Notes under the pieces: generated by a model
Databases searched by the model: none
Seen by the model: the letters and a program-made list of their open reading frames with translations, nothing else
Told to the model about the DNA's origin: nothing
Part shown: in pieces, positions 12,837-24,184 of the stretch
How the letters are laid out: the number at the start of each line of letters is the position of its first letter
How positions within the stretch are numbered: position 1 is the stretch's first letter
Translations under genes and position numbers: made by a program
Assembly (NCBI GenBank): GCA_012026655.1
Contig: JAAILG010001652.1
Span: forward strand, 1-63,587
From: Hydrolagus affinis
Lineage: Eukaryota
Reading direction: 5' to 3'
DNA length: 63,587 bases

Positions 12837-14004
12837 TCCCTGCCCCGAATGTCCATCTATCCTTATACCTCCATTACTCTGGACCATTCCTTTCCATAGA
12901 GGACAATTCCATAGTCCCAGGAGCGAACGCAAAGGCCAGTTATTGTGTTCCATAAACAATATGATCATTTGTTTGCACCTTTTTTCTGTTTATATTCCTA
13001 AACCAATTTAGCCATCGTAAAATAACAATAATACTTACATGTTATATGCACCTTTCACATTGGGAGAATGTCTCATAAGGCTTCACTGTTATCGTTGTGT
13101 AAATTGGCACTGTATTTTGTAGGCAAATGAAGCGGCCAATTTGCACACAGCATCACACCAACAGACAATATTAATTTATTTGTTGGCCACGTTTCTTAAC
13201 AATGTCACCATGATAATTAACACATCTTAGCAGCAATTTCTACCATTCTTCTTTTTTATATCCTGTACTTCTGCTCTCCACATAGTTAGCTCCCTGGCTC
13301 TTTGCAAGCTCCACTGTCCCAATGAAGACCGGTGCCGCCAATCTTTTATTTATTACTGATCAGTTCTGGTGGATTGCTAAACACTAAATCTAATAGAACA
13401 TCTATCCAATGCTCTGCTTCTCACCTGTGTCAAGATTGCCTCTTTACAATAACTTGTACTTACAACCTTTCCTTTTATGTTTCTCTGTTCTGTCCACTTT
13501 ACCCCTGGAACATTGATTTGCACATTGCTATTCTATGAAGCTTTACTTACTAGCTCAAGCAGCTCTTCATCTACCTGTTCACCTTGAGCTGCTGATCAAT
13601 TGTAGCTGCCAGATGGTATTCTGTTGCTCTCATCATGACTAACCTGTTCAGATTGCTTGTGCTGTCTCCTTTTCTGTTGTTATTTGTCCCTTTCAGTCGC
13701 TGTTGTTCTCCTTATTAACCATAATGACACTCGTCCACCAGTCTTTATAGATTTACCTTCACAAACTATTCCATCTCTCCTTAGCTCTATTTCATGCCCT
13801 ACTTCCACGCAACTATGGAATGAAAATTATCATATTTCTCAATAGGGTGTTCTGTTATTCAATCTGTTAAGCACTGTATATCACAATTTTCATTTGAATA
13901 CCTTTAGGTATGAACACTCCCACTTATGTTTGGCTCAATGGTTAACACATCATGTCAATTATTGGAGATTGCATTTTTTATCTTAATGTTTCTGTGATGC
14001 TAAT

Positions 14005-14800
14005 ATAATAATCCTTTGATATTTTTTCACAGAAAACTTTCAAAACACTTCAATATCCCTCCCTGGGGATTTTACTATAAAGTGACTGTTCTTTTGTGGT
14101 AAATGTGACAGTCAATTTTCACATAGCAATGTCACACAAACAGACTTGAAGTGAATGACCAAATTTATCTGGGGGATGGTTTGATAGGACACCAGAAGAA
14201 TCTTCATTCTCTTTTTGAATACGCCATAGGATCATTAACATCCATCTAAATAGGCAGATGGGATCTTATGTTTCATCTAAAGATTGCATCTCTAACAATG
14301 CAGTATTTCCTAGCACTGCACAAGATTGGATTTCTGTAGCTTAGTAATTAGAGCACTTACCTCACAAGTGAGAAGACCCGGGTTCAATTCCTGGGCAGGA
14401 TGAAAGTTTAGGTAAGTTTCCTTACTCCACAAACCTCTATTTACCTAGCAGTTAAGAACCCAGTGGTTAGTCGATTGCCAGTTCACTTTCTGGGGTTGTA
14501 GATCCTTCAAAAAAAATGTACATTAGTAATAATTTGGTCACTCAATCCACGACTGTTTGTGGGACACGGCTGTGAGCAATTGACTGCTGCGTTTCGCTCA
14601 CAAAATATACAGTGAATTCACTTTACAGTTTATTCTGCTTTAAGATATCTAGAAGACTTAATAAAGTGCTAAATTAAATGCAAGGATTATTACATTATTA
14701 TAATTTTGCAAGATTGTCAGTGATAAGCACTGACAAGTCTTGACATTGAGGCTTAAACTCACAACCTGTACACACAGACGTGAGAGTGCTACCTATTGAC
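14005..14800 (-). mobile_element. Deu-domain SINE interrupted by a younger SINE
   Basis: GCCATAGGATCATTAACATCCATCTAAATAGGCAGATGGG core; head TGAGAGTGCTACCTATTGA resumes at ~14780. Confidence 0.75.
14329..14708 (+). mobile_element. tRNA-derived SINE, long form, with 8-bp TSD
   Basis: A/B boxes (B: GGTTCAATTCC), extra central segment, shared tail; CAAGATTG at 14321-14328 and 14709-14716. Confidence 0.9.
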
Positions 14801-15069
14801 TATATGTTTATTTCTAATGTTCCTTTTTCTTCAACAGATAACTTTCCCTATTTGATTATTTTGCTATATTTGCATCTATTTTTCTTTGTTAGGAGTGATA
14901 TATTCTTATACCCTCTTGATCAACTGCAAACCTTTGTTGATTTATATTCATTCAGCAGTGCTATGTCCTCCAACAGAATTTAGCTTTAAATTAATCTCAA
15001 TTGCTGTCTTTTGCTTTTTCATCTTATTTTCCTGTGTCTTATTGGCTGCCAAGTTTGATCTGCAAATAT

Positions 15070-15162
15070 ATAGATAATTCACTTACAGTATATTCTGTGA
15101 AGTGCTTTGAGACTTCTAGAAGACATGAAATGTGCTTTATCAAATGCAAAGAGTATTATTAC
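15070..15162 (+). mobile_element. tRNA-SINE 3' tail fragment
   Basis: AATTCACTTACAGTATATTCTGTGAAGTGCTTTGAGACTTCTAGAAGACATGAAATGTGC. Confidence 0.85.
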
Positions 15163-15210
15163 TGCCAAACCTTAGTTGTCCATTTTTACCTGACTGTTCT
15201 ACCATTTCTA

Positions 15211-15302
15211 CCTGACTGTTCAGCGCCTTGGGACGTTCTCCCGACGTAAAAAGCGCTATATAAATGCAATTTTGGTTGGGCGGTCGGTCGGTCGGTCGGT
15301 CG
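15211..15302 (+). mobile_element. Minimal L2 3' tail ending in (CGGT)n microsatellite
   Basis: CCTGACTGTTCAGCGCCTTGGGACGTTCTCCCGACGTAAAAAGCGCTATATAAATG then CGGT x5. Confidence 0.85.
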
Positions 15303-15744
15303 ATTGAATAAGCTTCCAGTTATTTGAAAATTTGAATGCCTCAAACTCAATGAAGCCAATAATTCTCAAATATTTTAATGTCTCTAGACAACTGTGTCAG
15401 AACCTGTATGTCAACACATTGGCACCCATCATTTTAAAGATACATGTAGCTTTATACATGGTTTTTAGTCGTTCATACCTTGTCCATCACATTCTGTATA
15501 TCATATCAACTGCAGTTCATGCTACTGTTTCATCAGCACTTGTCCACTGTCCACTAAAATACTTGTTTCTGGCAATGAAATCCATTTCCATTGGAGCAGT
15601 AAAACAGTGAAAGTTCATAACTCCTCTGGATGTTTTTCACAAACATTTGGTTTTGGAAATGGTGATGTCGATTTCCAAAGGTGATTCCTTTGAAAGTGAT
15701 TATTAAGGACATTTAATAATCCAGGCTCTGTAAGCCTATCTTCC

Positions 15745-16045
15745 CATCCTTACTTGTATCCATGGGCTCCCCGTCCTCCAGTGCATCAGGTTCAAAATCC
15801 TCATTCTCACCTTTAAATTTGTCCATAGTCCCATCCTACCTCTGCAACTTCCTCAAACCCTACCAATCCATCTGTTCTATTCCCTCACCTCATTCAAGGT
15901 CTTTTCTCAAGACTTATCTTTTTGAACTTCTGATCATCTTACCTCCCACTCTCCTCTTATCTCTTCCCCTAGTTCAGGTGGTCAGCCAGTACTGTTAAGC
16001 GCTTTGGGACATCCTCTTGACATGAGAGGCGCTATGTAAGTGTAA
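15745..16045 (+). mobile_element. L2 LINE 3' fragment
   Basis: HGLP..FKILILTFK and FLKTYLF remnants; tail GCGCTTTGGGACATCCTCTTGACATGAGAGGCGCTATG. Confidence 0.8.
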
Positions 16046-16114
16046 TAGAAGCCTCTTGTACTCTCTTCAAATCATGTCAGTCAAGTTGTTATGGAGATTA
16101 TATTATGGAGATAC

Positions 16115-16395
16115 ATTTACAAACAGCAATAAGATCAATAACTGATTAATCGGTTTTATTTTTACATTTGGGTGAGAGAAGAATATTTGGCAGGATGCTC
16201 AATAATCATGCCGTCAAAGTGTTTGACGTCCACTTGAACATGCAGACATTTTATTTGAAGAACTCTCCTGCAGTAACGCAGAGTCCCTTCAGCGTAGTGG
16301 CAGCCTGGACCGTTGAGCTCACCGGGTGTGAACTTCCGACCCCACAACTTCCAACCCAGAGGGACAGTGCTACCGAAAGGTGCAAATTGATCTGC
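16115..16395 (-). mobile_element. Deu-domain SINE, decayed
   Basis: ACAAACAGCAAT..GACGTCCACTTGAAC..CCCACAACTTCCAACCCAGAGGGACAGTGCTACC. Confidence 0.6.
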
Positions 16396-18091
16396 ACATT
16401 TAAAACATTGAAATGACTGCTATCCCAATTACATTCTTTACCAGTATCTTAATAAGTTCTATTTCCAAATAAAGCACAAAACAAATGCCCCTCTGAATAG
16501 AGCTATAACATCTACATCAAGTGATCCTATTTTTTGTAACTAGTTTCTAGTTAGCTTAATCTATAGAGAGAATGATAAACTAAGATAAAGGGCTATGGGC
16601 ATATTAAATTAGCTGTAGTGGAGTTTCATACATGGGAACTCTAATCAATCAAATGTTTAGCTCATTTTATTAGGCTGTTTAGATAAGCTCAAGGACTGGC
16701 AGAATTGTGGTGAGTCCAGAAAATTATACATTAATAGAAATCCTTAGCTGCTGCAATATAGATTTTTCTTCCAGTTTCAAAATGTAGGACCTATCTCAGT
16801 TTAATATTTTTTATTCTCAATGGCAATGATATTTTATTTTATATTTATTGTATGTAGTTTCCCTTGTGTGTCATAAACATTGAGTGCAAGTGCTTTGAGA
16901 GGCCTGTATTAATATATAAACCATGCTAGAAGACGTAATCATTAAATCTCTGTGAAACATTGAAAAGAGTAATTTGCAGTGGAGTAAAGGTTAGTGTGCA
17001 CCTTGTAACTCAATGCATCCTGTGTGTTTAAAACCTCTGAATGGGATAAAAAATGATGGATTGTTTCTGTCAGGAGTCATAAAGTTGGAGGAGCTTGAAA
17101 AAGAACTTCAAAGAGTTTGTTGACTGACAGCGATTAATTCTTCTTTTGTTTTGATTCTTTGACTTCTGACGCTGTACCATTGAGGAATGCAGTTTCCAAG
17201 GGATACCCACATTCACAATACATTTGATTGAAAGAATAATCAAGGGAAACGGATGGATTTGAAATAAATTAGGATTGTGCTTTTTAATATGAGGTTTACT
17301 GGTACATGCACATGCTGTTTCATTTATTAAGCTATTTATACATAGCCCACGCAGTAGGTGGGCTACCTAAGTGTAGCTTTATATACTTGTTCATGGATGT
17401 AAACTAATGGTAACTGGTGCACATTCTTCACATAGTTTTCAATCATTAATATTCTTAATACAGTATTTTGAGTTTGACTTAGTCATCAATTTGTTACTTT
17501 TTTTTCAGAATATGTTGCCCATTTTTATACTGTTGGAAGTAATTCATTATCCCTTCCAGCAGTATTGCAATTTAGTGGGAAGACTCACAATGTATAATTT
17601 CCACTCCCAACTGGAACTGAGGAGAGACACACCACTGTTTTTATAAATGTTATTAAAGAGCCAGTCAGTTGTGCTGCCCAAGAGCTTTTAAGCTGCCAAT
17701 TTTGAGTTATGGGTAAATCGATTTGTACCACCTGCATTTATACAGCAAAGATGTGACTGCATTTGTACAGTTACAATCCTGCTACATTTACATGAATCAA
17801 TGTGGTGACAAAATCACCTCCATAATAAGACAGGCTTACTGCAAAGCAGCTTGACTCAAGCCTGGTTAATGCACTCTGGAGTTTGGGTTCGACCCAACCT
17901 GTACCTAATTCCCTCCAATATTAGGTGAGTAGGATACATGCCTCCAGGAGAGCATACACATTCCATTTCCATGTACTGTATAGGGAAGCTTCTATTTGTA
18001 GATGGCATACATATGTGGAACTCTCAGTTTGGTTTGGATAATCTTAAGCATGGTGATGGGTTTTTGCTCATGTCAGACATTTGGCTGACCT

Positions 18092-18158
18092 AACAAACAA
18101 CAACAAAATTACACTTGTGTAGTGTTTTTCACGTCAGGAGGACGTCCCAAGGCGCTGA
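18092..18158 (-). mobile_element. Minimal L2 3' tail
   Basis: AACAACAACAAAATTACAC..TTCACGTCAGGAGGACGTCCCAAGGCGCTGAA. Confidence 0.85.
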
Positions 18159-20899
18159 AGGTGTTTTTAGATGATTTGGCATGAAAGCTTAATATAAACC
18201 TTCTGAATGGAGAAGCAGTTATTTTACAGTGTTAGAAGTATCAAGACTTCCTAAAAATGAAGGATTTGCTTAGCCAACTCTACTGATTTTTGTACATTCA
18301 GAACTTGAGTCTGAAATATTTGTTGAATTTAATACTGTAAATCAAATGACCAGCTGTCAGACTGTAATAAACCTATTTTCTTGCTGATTGGATTATATCA
18401 TACTTTTCAAGGATGCAATCTTCTGTTTCAAAGATTTTCTTATCACTGATAAAATAATGATCATGGTTGAAAAGAACACAGTCTAATTTTCATTTTGTGG
18501 AGTAAGATAGTGGCATATATCATGTAAACAGAGCATTCAGCCCAACAAGTCTGTGATGGTAATTCAGTTTTATTTATTTGGAAAGAGTAATGTGTTTTAA
18601 CACTTTGATAGACCAAGTGCATTTGAGCAAAGATTCTGGCCCTGAAAATAGAGTGACAAATGAAGTAACATTGAGGCATTCCTTATGTCTACTTTAGATT
18701 AATGTATCAATGATCACCAAATTAGCTGTTTTTAGTGTGAACTAACTTTCATAGTTTCACATTAAGTTGTCATGAATGGTCAGATGGGTGTTTGACACAA
18801 ACAGGAAAGCCATCATCATTATTAAGAAAGAGAGTTCCACGAAAAGATGGAGATTTCTCTATCTGGAACAGAATGCACACTCTCTGCTTAGATGGATACA
18901 TCCTGCTTGCCTAATTCCAAAGTGATTTAGGTGCAGATTGGCAAGAGCCAAGGCTTAGGAGTGTATCTTCTAAAACTACATAGCTTGTCACTGAAAGCTT
19001 CCTGCTGCTTACCATGTACCATGTTGGGGCTTCAGCTTGCAGGGTTAACAGGAATGAAATGGAAAAAAATCCCTCTTCTTAGTGGCTGATCTCCTCCGTG
19101 GAACGGACCCATGTTGCTTAGGAACCGGACAATCAAGATGTGACCGCTCTAATGGGGTTGATACCATTCCAACACTCCATTGCCAAGTGTGCTGTCTTGT
19201 AGTCAACTCAACTCAATGGGGATTCTGATTACTGCATCCCGATGTTAAACACAGAGCAGCAAATAACAGTTACTGGCGATCGATTGTTTGGTCAGCATGC
19301 TCAATAATTGTTACCCTGTAGACTATAATGGTACAATTATAAGCCCAAGTTTGTTCTAGGAATTTGGTTTCAAAGTACGAGTGCACATTATTCATGGCAG
19401 TAAGAGAGCACTGGCTTCAGGCCCTCTCAGATTGCAGCCTGACTAATAGCCTTTCAAGTTAGCAGTCCCTCTTAGCTGTTGGCTTTATGAATTCCCACTG
19501 GAGCTCTCCTGCCAGTTCCAAGTTCCTAAGCATGATGCACAATTATTTGGGGTGATTTTTTCCCCTGAAAAGCTGGAGTGGCAGTTATACAAGGAATCAT
19601 TTGGAACTATTCTCTTCACTTTTAATTCACCACAAAATGTAATCAGGTGATTGTTTTATTAAGCAGAAAAGCCGTTCTGGTCGTTTAATTACTGCCAGGA
19701 TGCTTAAATGCCGTCTTCTGCTTAGAAGCCAGTGTTTTCCAATTCAAAGTATCCTGCAGAATGTTTAAGATTTTGCATCTTTCAAAAAGCTCCTTAATGA
19801 GGCTTTGCATTTTAATGTGCAGCAATACTTCCCAATTACTGAGATTTAACAAGCTTAAGGAAGGATCTTCCAAACATTGCAATTTATTTTACATTCTAAA
19901 TGCTCTCTCTGGAAAGACACTATTACATTGCCGCTCTCATCACTCTTACCACTGATAAATGATAATTGAGGCAGTAGGCTAAACTTGAAACATTTGTGCA
20001 GACGTGTAATTGAAGCTTTGCTGGTGTTCAGAAGCTTCTCTTGTATTTTTCAGCTGACTCCCATTTTCTGATTACTTTTCTCCCCAAACGAAACTATTCA
20101 AAAAAACTAAACTATTCAGATATCTCAATGATTTCAACATCTCTGCCTGTCCTGCAGTTCAGATGCACAAAGAAAATCTTTGGAGATAATGCACAGAAAA
20201 TGTAATGCAAATCACCTGCCTGACCCATGATGCTATTGTAATCTTTTCCGAGACCCATATCTGTAAAATGTGGCATTGGTTCCATATAAATATTTTAAGA
20301 AGCTGTCTTTCTTTGAAGGACGAATGTGTGGTTTGAAGGTATAGTGGAGACTTGCTTCCTATCATTTCCTATCTACTTCTACCCCATTCAGACATTAGCC
20401 CAGAGTCACTCTGACTCGCTCACTCCCTCCCTTCATTCAAGGCACCTCTCAAAATGCTTGTTTTCGACCACAATTTTGATCATCATTGCCCTCTCCACCT
20501 CCTCAGCTTCCGTCCTCCATCTAGCATCTCAGAGCACCTTACAGTAATGGAGCCTGATGCCGAGCTAGACATTGTACATATTGTGTATTTTTTGCCCCGA
20601 TCGCTCGTGCCTCTGTGAGCAGTTACAAAATGAATTAAATTGAAGCCTTATTGAGAGGTATTCTGCTCCATTTCATAAAATGCGTAAATGGATTTGTGCA
20701 AAATCCAACATCAAAAGATTTGATAGAACAAACAGAAATAAAATCGGGACAACGACAGAGATTTTTAATGATGTTATTAGGACACTGTATGTGTCTGTTT
20801 GTGTTCTTTTTTCAGGCCCTGTTGATATGATTCAGGAAATAATGCATGCTCTTGTTTGACCTTCAGGGATTAATGTGAAATGTTCTTATTGTTTTACAG

Positions 20900-21057
20900 C
20901 AGCAAGAACAGGACCCAACAAACCTGTACATCTCAAATTTGCCCATTTCCATGGACGAGCAGGAATTGGAGAACATGCTGAAACCCTTTGGCCATGTGAT
21001 CTCCACGAGGATATTAAGAGATGCGAACGGTGTAAGCCGAGGGGTGGGATTTGCCAG
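20900..21057 (+). CDS. RBMS3: RBMS3 internal coding exon (RRM2 N-terminal part; human exon 5 equivalent from memory), 158 nt, phase 0 to 2
   Basis: TTTTACAG| acceptor and CAG|GTGAGA donor; encodes [52 protein letters not shown](R) with RNP2 LYISNL and RNP1 RGVGFAR. PISM, FGHV, DANGVS favour RBMS3 over RBMS1/2. Missed by the ORF track in this frame. Confidence 0.96.
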
Positions 21058-21644
21058 GTGAGAGACTTTGGCCTTTTCCTTCATGAAGCAACAACAGAAG
21101 GATTCAAAAAACAGACATGCGCAGGCATAGAAAAATGATTGACAGTTATTGATATGTTCCCTGTCAGCTGCCGCATTGATGATATCCTTCTGGCAATATA
21201 AATGGCCACCTAAAGGGCATCGCTACATGCAGGACTGAGCTGATAAACTTCAGTTAGTATTATAATGAGATGGAAAGAGTCATTTGAAACATTTATTGAT
21301 TTGCTTATTGCTGGAAGGGTTTGGAGCTATTATACAAAGGCAGCTCCACGGATATCAAGGTTTAAGTGTTCATGTTGATCCAGGCACTGGAGTTGAAGTT
21401 GCATGGATTTATAGAGTTAAAATGAGAGTGGGATGGATTCCTGAAAATACATCATGCTCCATTGAGCCCCTCTCCACCCCCATCAAGTAAAAACAAGGAC
21501 ACGTTTAGCTTTAAATTGCAGGCTGTGCTAAACATGTGCAAGTGCATGTGTAAAGAAGGAATTGCCTTGTTTATGACATTAAAAATTAATATCACGAATA
21601 ACAAAATTGTTGGGTTGTTAATTATATAATTACAGGCATGTAGA

Positions 21645-21958
21645 GTCTTGTAGCTCACTGGTTAGAGCACTCACCTTGTAAACGAGAGACGTGGCTTGAT
21701 TCCAGGCAGGATAAAATCTTGGACAAGTTTCTTTACTCCACGCAGCTGATAATAATCCCTCAAAATCCTGCAACAATAATAGTTATTTCAATTGTCACTT
21801 CAATCCACGACTGTTTGTGGGACAGTGCTGTGCACAATTGGCTGCTGCATTTTGCCTACAAATATACAGCTAATTCACTTTAGAGTATATTCTGTGAAGT
21901 CCTTTGAGATGTCTAGAAGAGATGAAAGCGCTGAATAAAATGCAAGGGATATTATTAT
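21645..21958 (+). mobile_element. tRNA-derived SINE, short form, near full length
   Basis: TAGCTCACTGGTTAGAGCACTCACCTTGTAAACGAG head, shared body and tail. Confidence 0.92.
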
Positions 21959-21975
21959 GTTTGATTTTGTAATGC

Positions 21976-22276
21976 ATAGAACATGTAGAAATTTACAAAG
22001 AAGGCCATTCAGTCTAGCATGCTCATGCTGTCTCTTTGGAAGAGCAATTAATTCAGTCCCATTTACATTCCTTTTCCCCCAAACCATGCAATTTTATTCC
22101 TTTTTAGTTATCTATCCCATTCCCCCTTGAAACTAATATGGTTCCTGCCTTGACCACCATAAGTGGCAGAGCATTCCACATTCTAACATCTAGCCATGTA
22201 AACAAATACCTCCAAATCTCCTGCTTTGCTCCCTGGGTGATTATCTTAAATTGATGGCATCTCGTCACTGACTCAC
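21976..22276 (-). mobile_element. CR1 LINE 3' end
   Basis: Reverse-complement similarity to 26382-26690 (GAAGGCCATTCAG, GCATTCCACATTCTAAC, CTCGTCACTGA). Confidence 0.8.
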
Positions 22277-22286
22277 ATGATTAGCA

Positions 22287-22741
22287 CAAATCAAACAACA
22301 ACTTTCACGTCCAGAGGATGTCCCAAGCCACTGGACAATCAGGGGTTGGGACCCGATCAAGGGGGGAAGCAGGGTGGGGGGGAGTGGAGGGAAAGAGTTG
22401 GGAGGGCAGTAGAAGGCACAATCAAAGAGGAGGGTCTTGAGACCGACCTTGAAGGAGGCAAGAGAGGAAGCGAGGTGAAGGGACTGTGAGATGGGGTTTC
22501 AGAGTGTGGAGACAGAGAGGCCGAAACCCCGGCCACCGATGGTAGGGCAGGTCGGGCGGGGAACATGGAGCAGGCTGGAGCCCACTGAACAGCAGGGTCG
22601 GGCAGGTTCATAGGCAAACAGCAGGTCTGAGAAATAGGAGAGTGCTAGGCCGTGAATGGCATCAAAAGTGATGAATATCTTGAATTCGCTCCTCTGGGGG
22701 ATGGGGAGCCAATGGAGCCCGGCAAGAGTGGGGGTAAACAC
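22287..22741 (-). mobile_element. L2 LINE 3' fragment, CpG-retaining
   Basis: ORF 22499..22741: TPTLAGLHWLPIPQRSEFKI..AIHGLALSYFSDLL..LLHVPR..TIGGRGF. Confidence 0.93.
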
Positions 22742-22974
22742 TCATTGTGTCCACTGTTGCTCAGATATGTACAGTACTCTGTAAACATGAAATGTGTAGC
22801 CTTTATTTTACAAGACCACCATTTGAAATTCATTACTATTTAAAACTAAGCCCTCCTAAAGTTGCCCCAGTGATTGAATCTCTATGGTAGGCATAAAAGA
22901 AAAGCACACACTTAAAAAGAATTTTGCTGTGCAGTATTTATGAACAAATGCAGCGTGTCAAACCTAATGTAGTC

Positions 22975-23250
22975 AAAGTGAAACACAGCAGCCAATTTCA
23001 CACAGCAGTGTCCCACAAGCAGTCGTGGATTGAGTGACCAAATTATGGTTTATTTATTTATTGAAGGGAAGAACACCCCCAGAAAAGCTACTCGCCAATT
23101 GACTAACAACCGGTTGTTGTTCTTACATACTGTTAGGTAAACAGAGATGAGTGGAGTAAGGAAACTTACTGAACGTTTCATTCTGCCTGGGAATCAAACC
23201 CAGATCCTCCAACTTATGAGGCAAGTGCTCTCACCACTAAGCAATGGGAG
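22975..23250 (-). mobile_element. tRNA-derived SINE, long form, 3' truncated
   Basis: GTGTCCCACAAGCAGTCGTGGATTGAGTGACCAAAT..GTGGAGTAAGGAAACTT..GCAAGTGCTCTCACCACTAAGC. Confidence 0.85.
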
Positions 23251-23897
23251 TTACCACTTGCCACTAGAGTTTGCAGAAGTTTTTTTGAATGGACTGAGAG
23301 CTTTTTATCCTTATTAGGAAATAGATTAGTTGTTTATTACACCTGTTAGGGAATGACACGCATTTACTTCAATACACTAACATAACTTATAACACTCACA
23401 TCTTTCCCTTTAGGTTGCTGTACACAGTCCATATGTAGCAACTTTATATGAAGGTGTAGACCATTTATGCAGGAGCATTGCTCGCTTGTCAGCCACTAAA
23501 TACATTGATTGCTCTATCACTAATATCGCTTTTCTAGTGTCAAAGAGCAACACCCATGTGATTAATGAATCCTGTGCAGCAGTAACTTTCATCATCAATG
23601 CATTTTGCAATCCTATCTTTGGTGGAAAGCATGCCAAATGACATCTTTGTTAATGAACAAACTATACTTTTGATATATTACATGATGTTTCTTCATCAGA
23701 TTACCTTATTGCTTGTATACAGAATAGTGGGAAGGTGATTGTGATTGTCAGTAAAGCTACAATCCTAGTGGATGATCTTGTAATCTTATTATATTTAAGC
23801 ACCTGACTGAACATCAGTAAAGAAGCCATGTTACAAGCCACGTGTAAAACAAGGTGTCTAACTTCTAAGTCGTCCAATCACCTTCAGAAATGACATA

Positions 23898-23953
23898 AAC
23901 AACAACAACAAAATTACACTTATACGTGAGGAGGACATCCCAAGGCGCTGAAT
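23898..23953 (-). mobile_element. Minimal L2 3' tail
   Basis: (AAC)n AAAATTACAC..GAGGACATCCCAAGGCGCTGAA. Confidence 0.8.
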
Positions 23954-24184
23954 GGCACTTCCTGTGCTTAGTTCACGTAATAATAACAAAAATAATCCCT
24001 GCGTTTGATATAGCAATTTATCATGGCATCAAGACTGTGATGTTATTTAATCCAAAGCTTTATTTGAACTCTGCAAATCAACTTCTTTCAAAAATCTGCA
24101 GGTCACTCTTAGAATTGTTTTATGCATGCATCCTCCATATTCAATTGCCACTTGTGTCGTTAAAGCAAAATGCAACATCTTCCT

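Noticed and set aside
20863-21138. ORF-track proteins 20863..21084 (-) and 20875..21138 (+)
   Set aside because: Antisense and wrong-frame shadows of the true RBMS3 exon.
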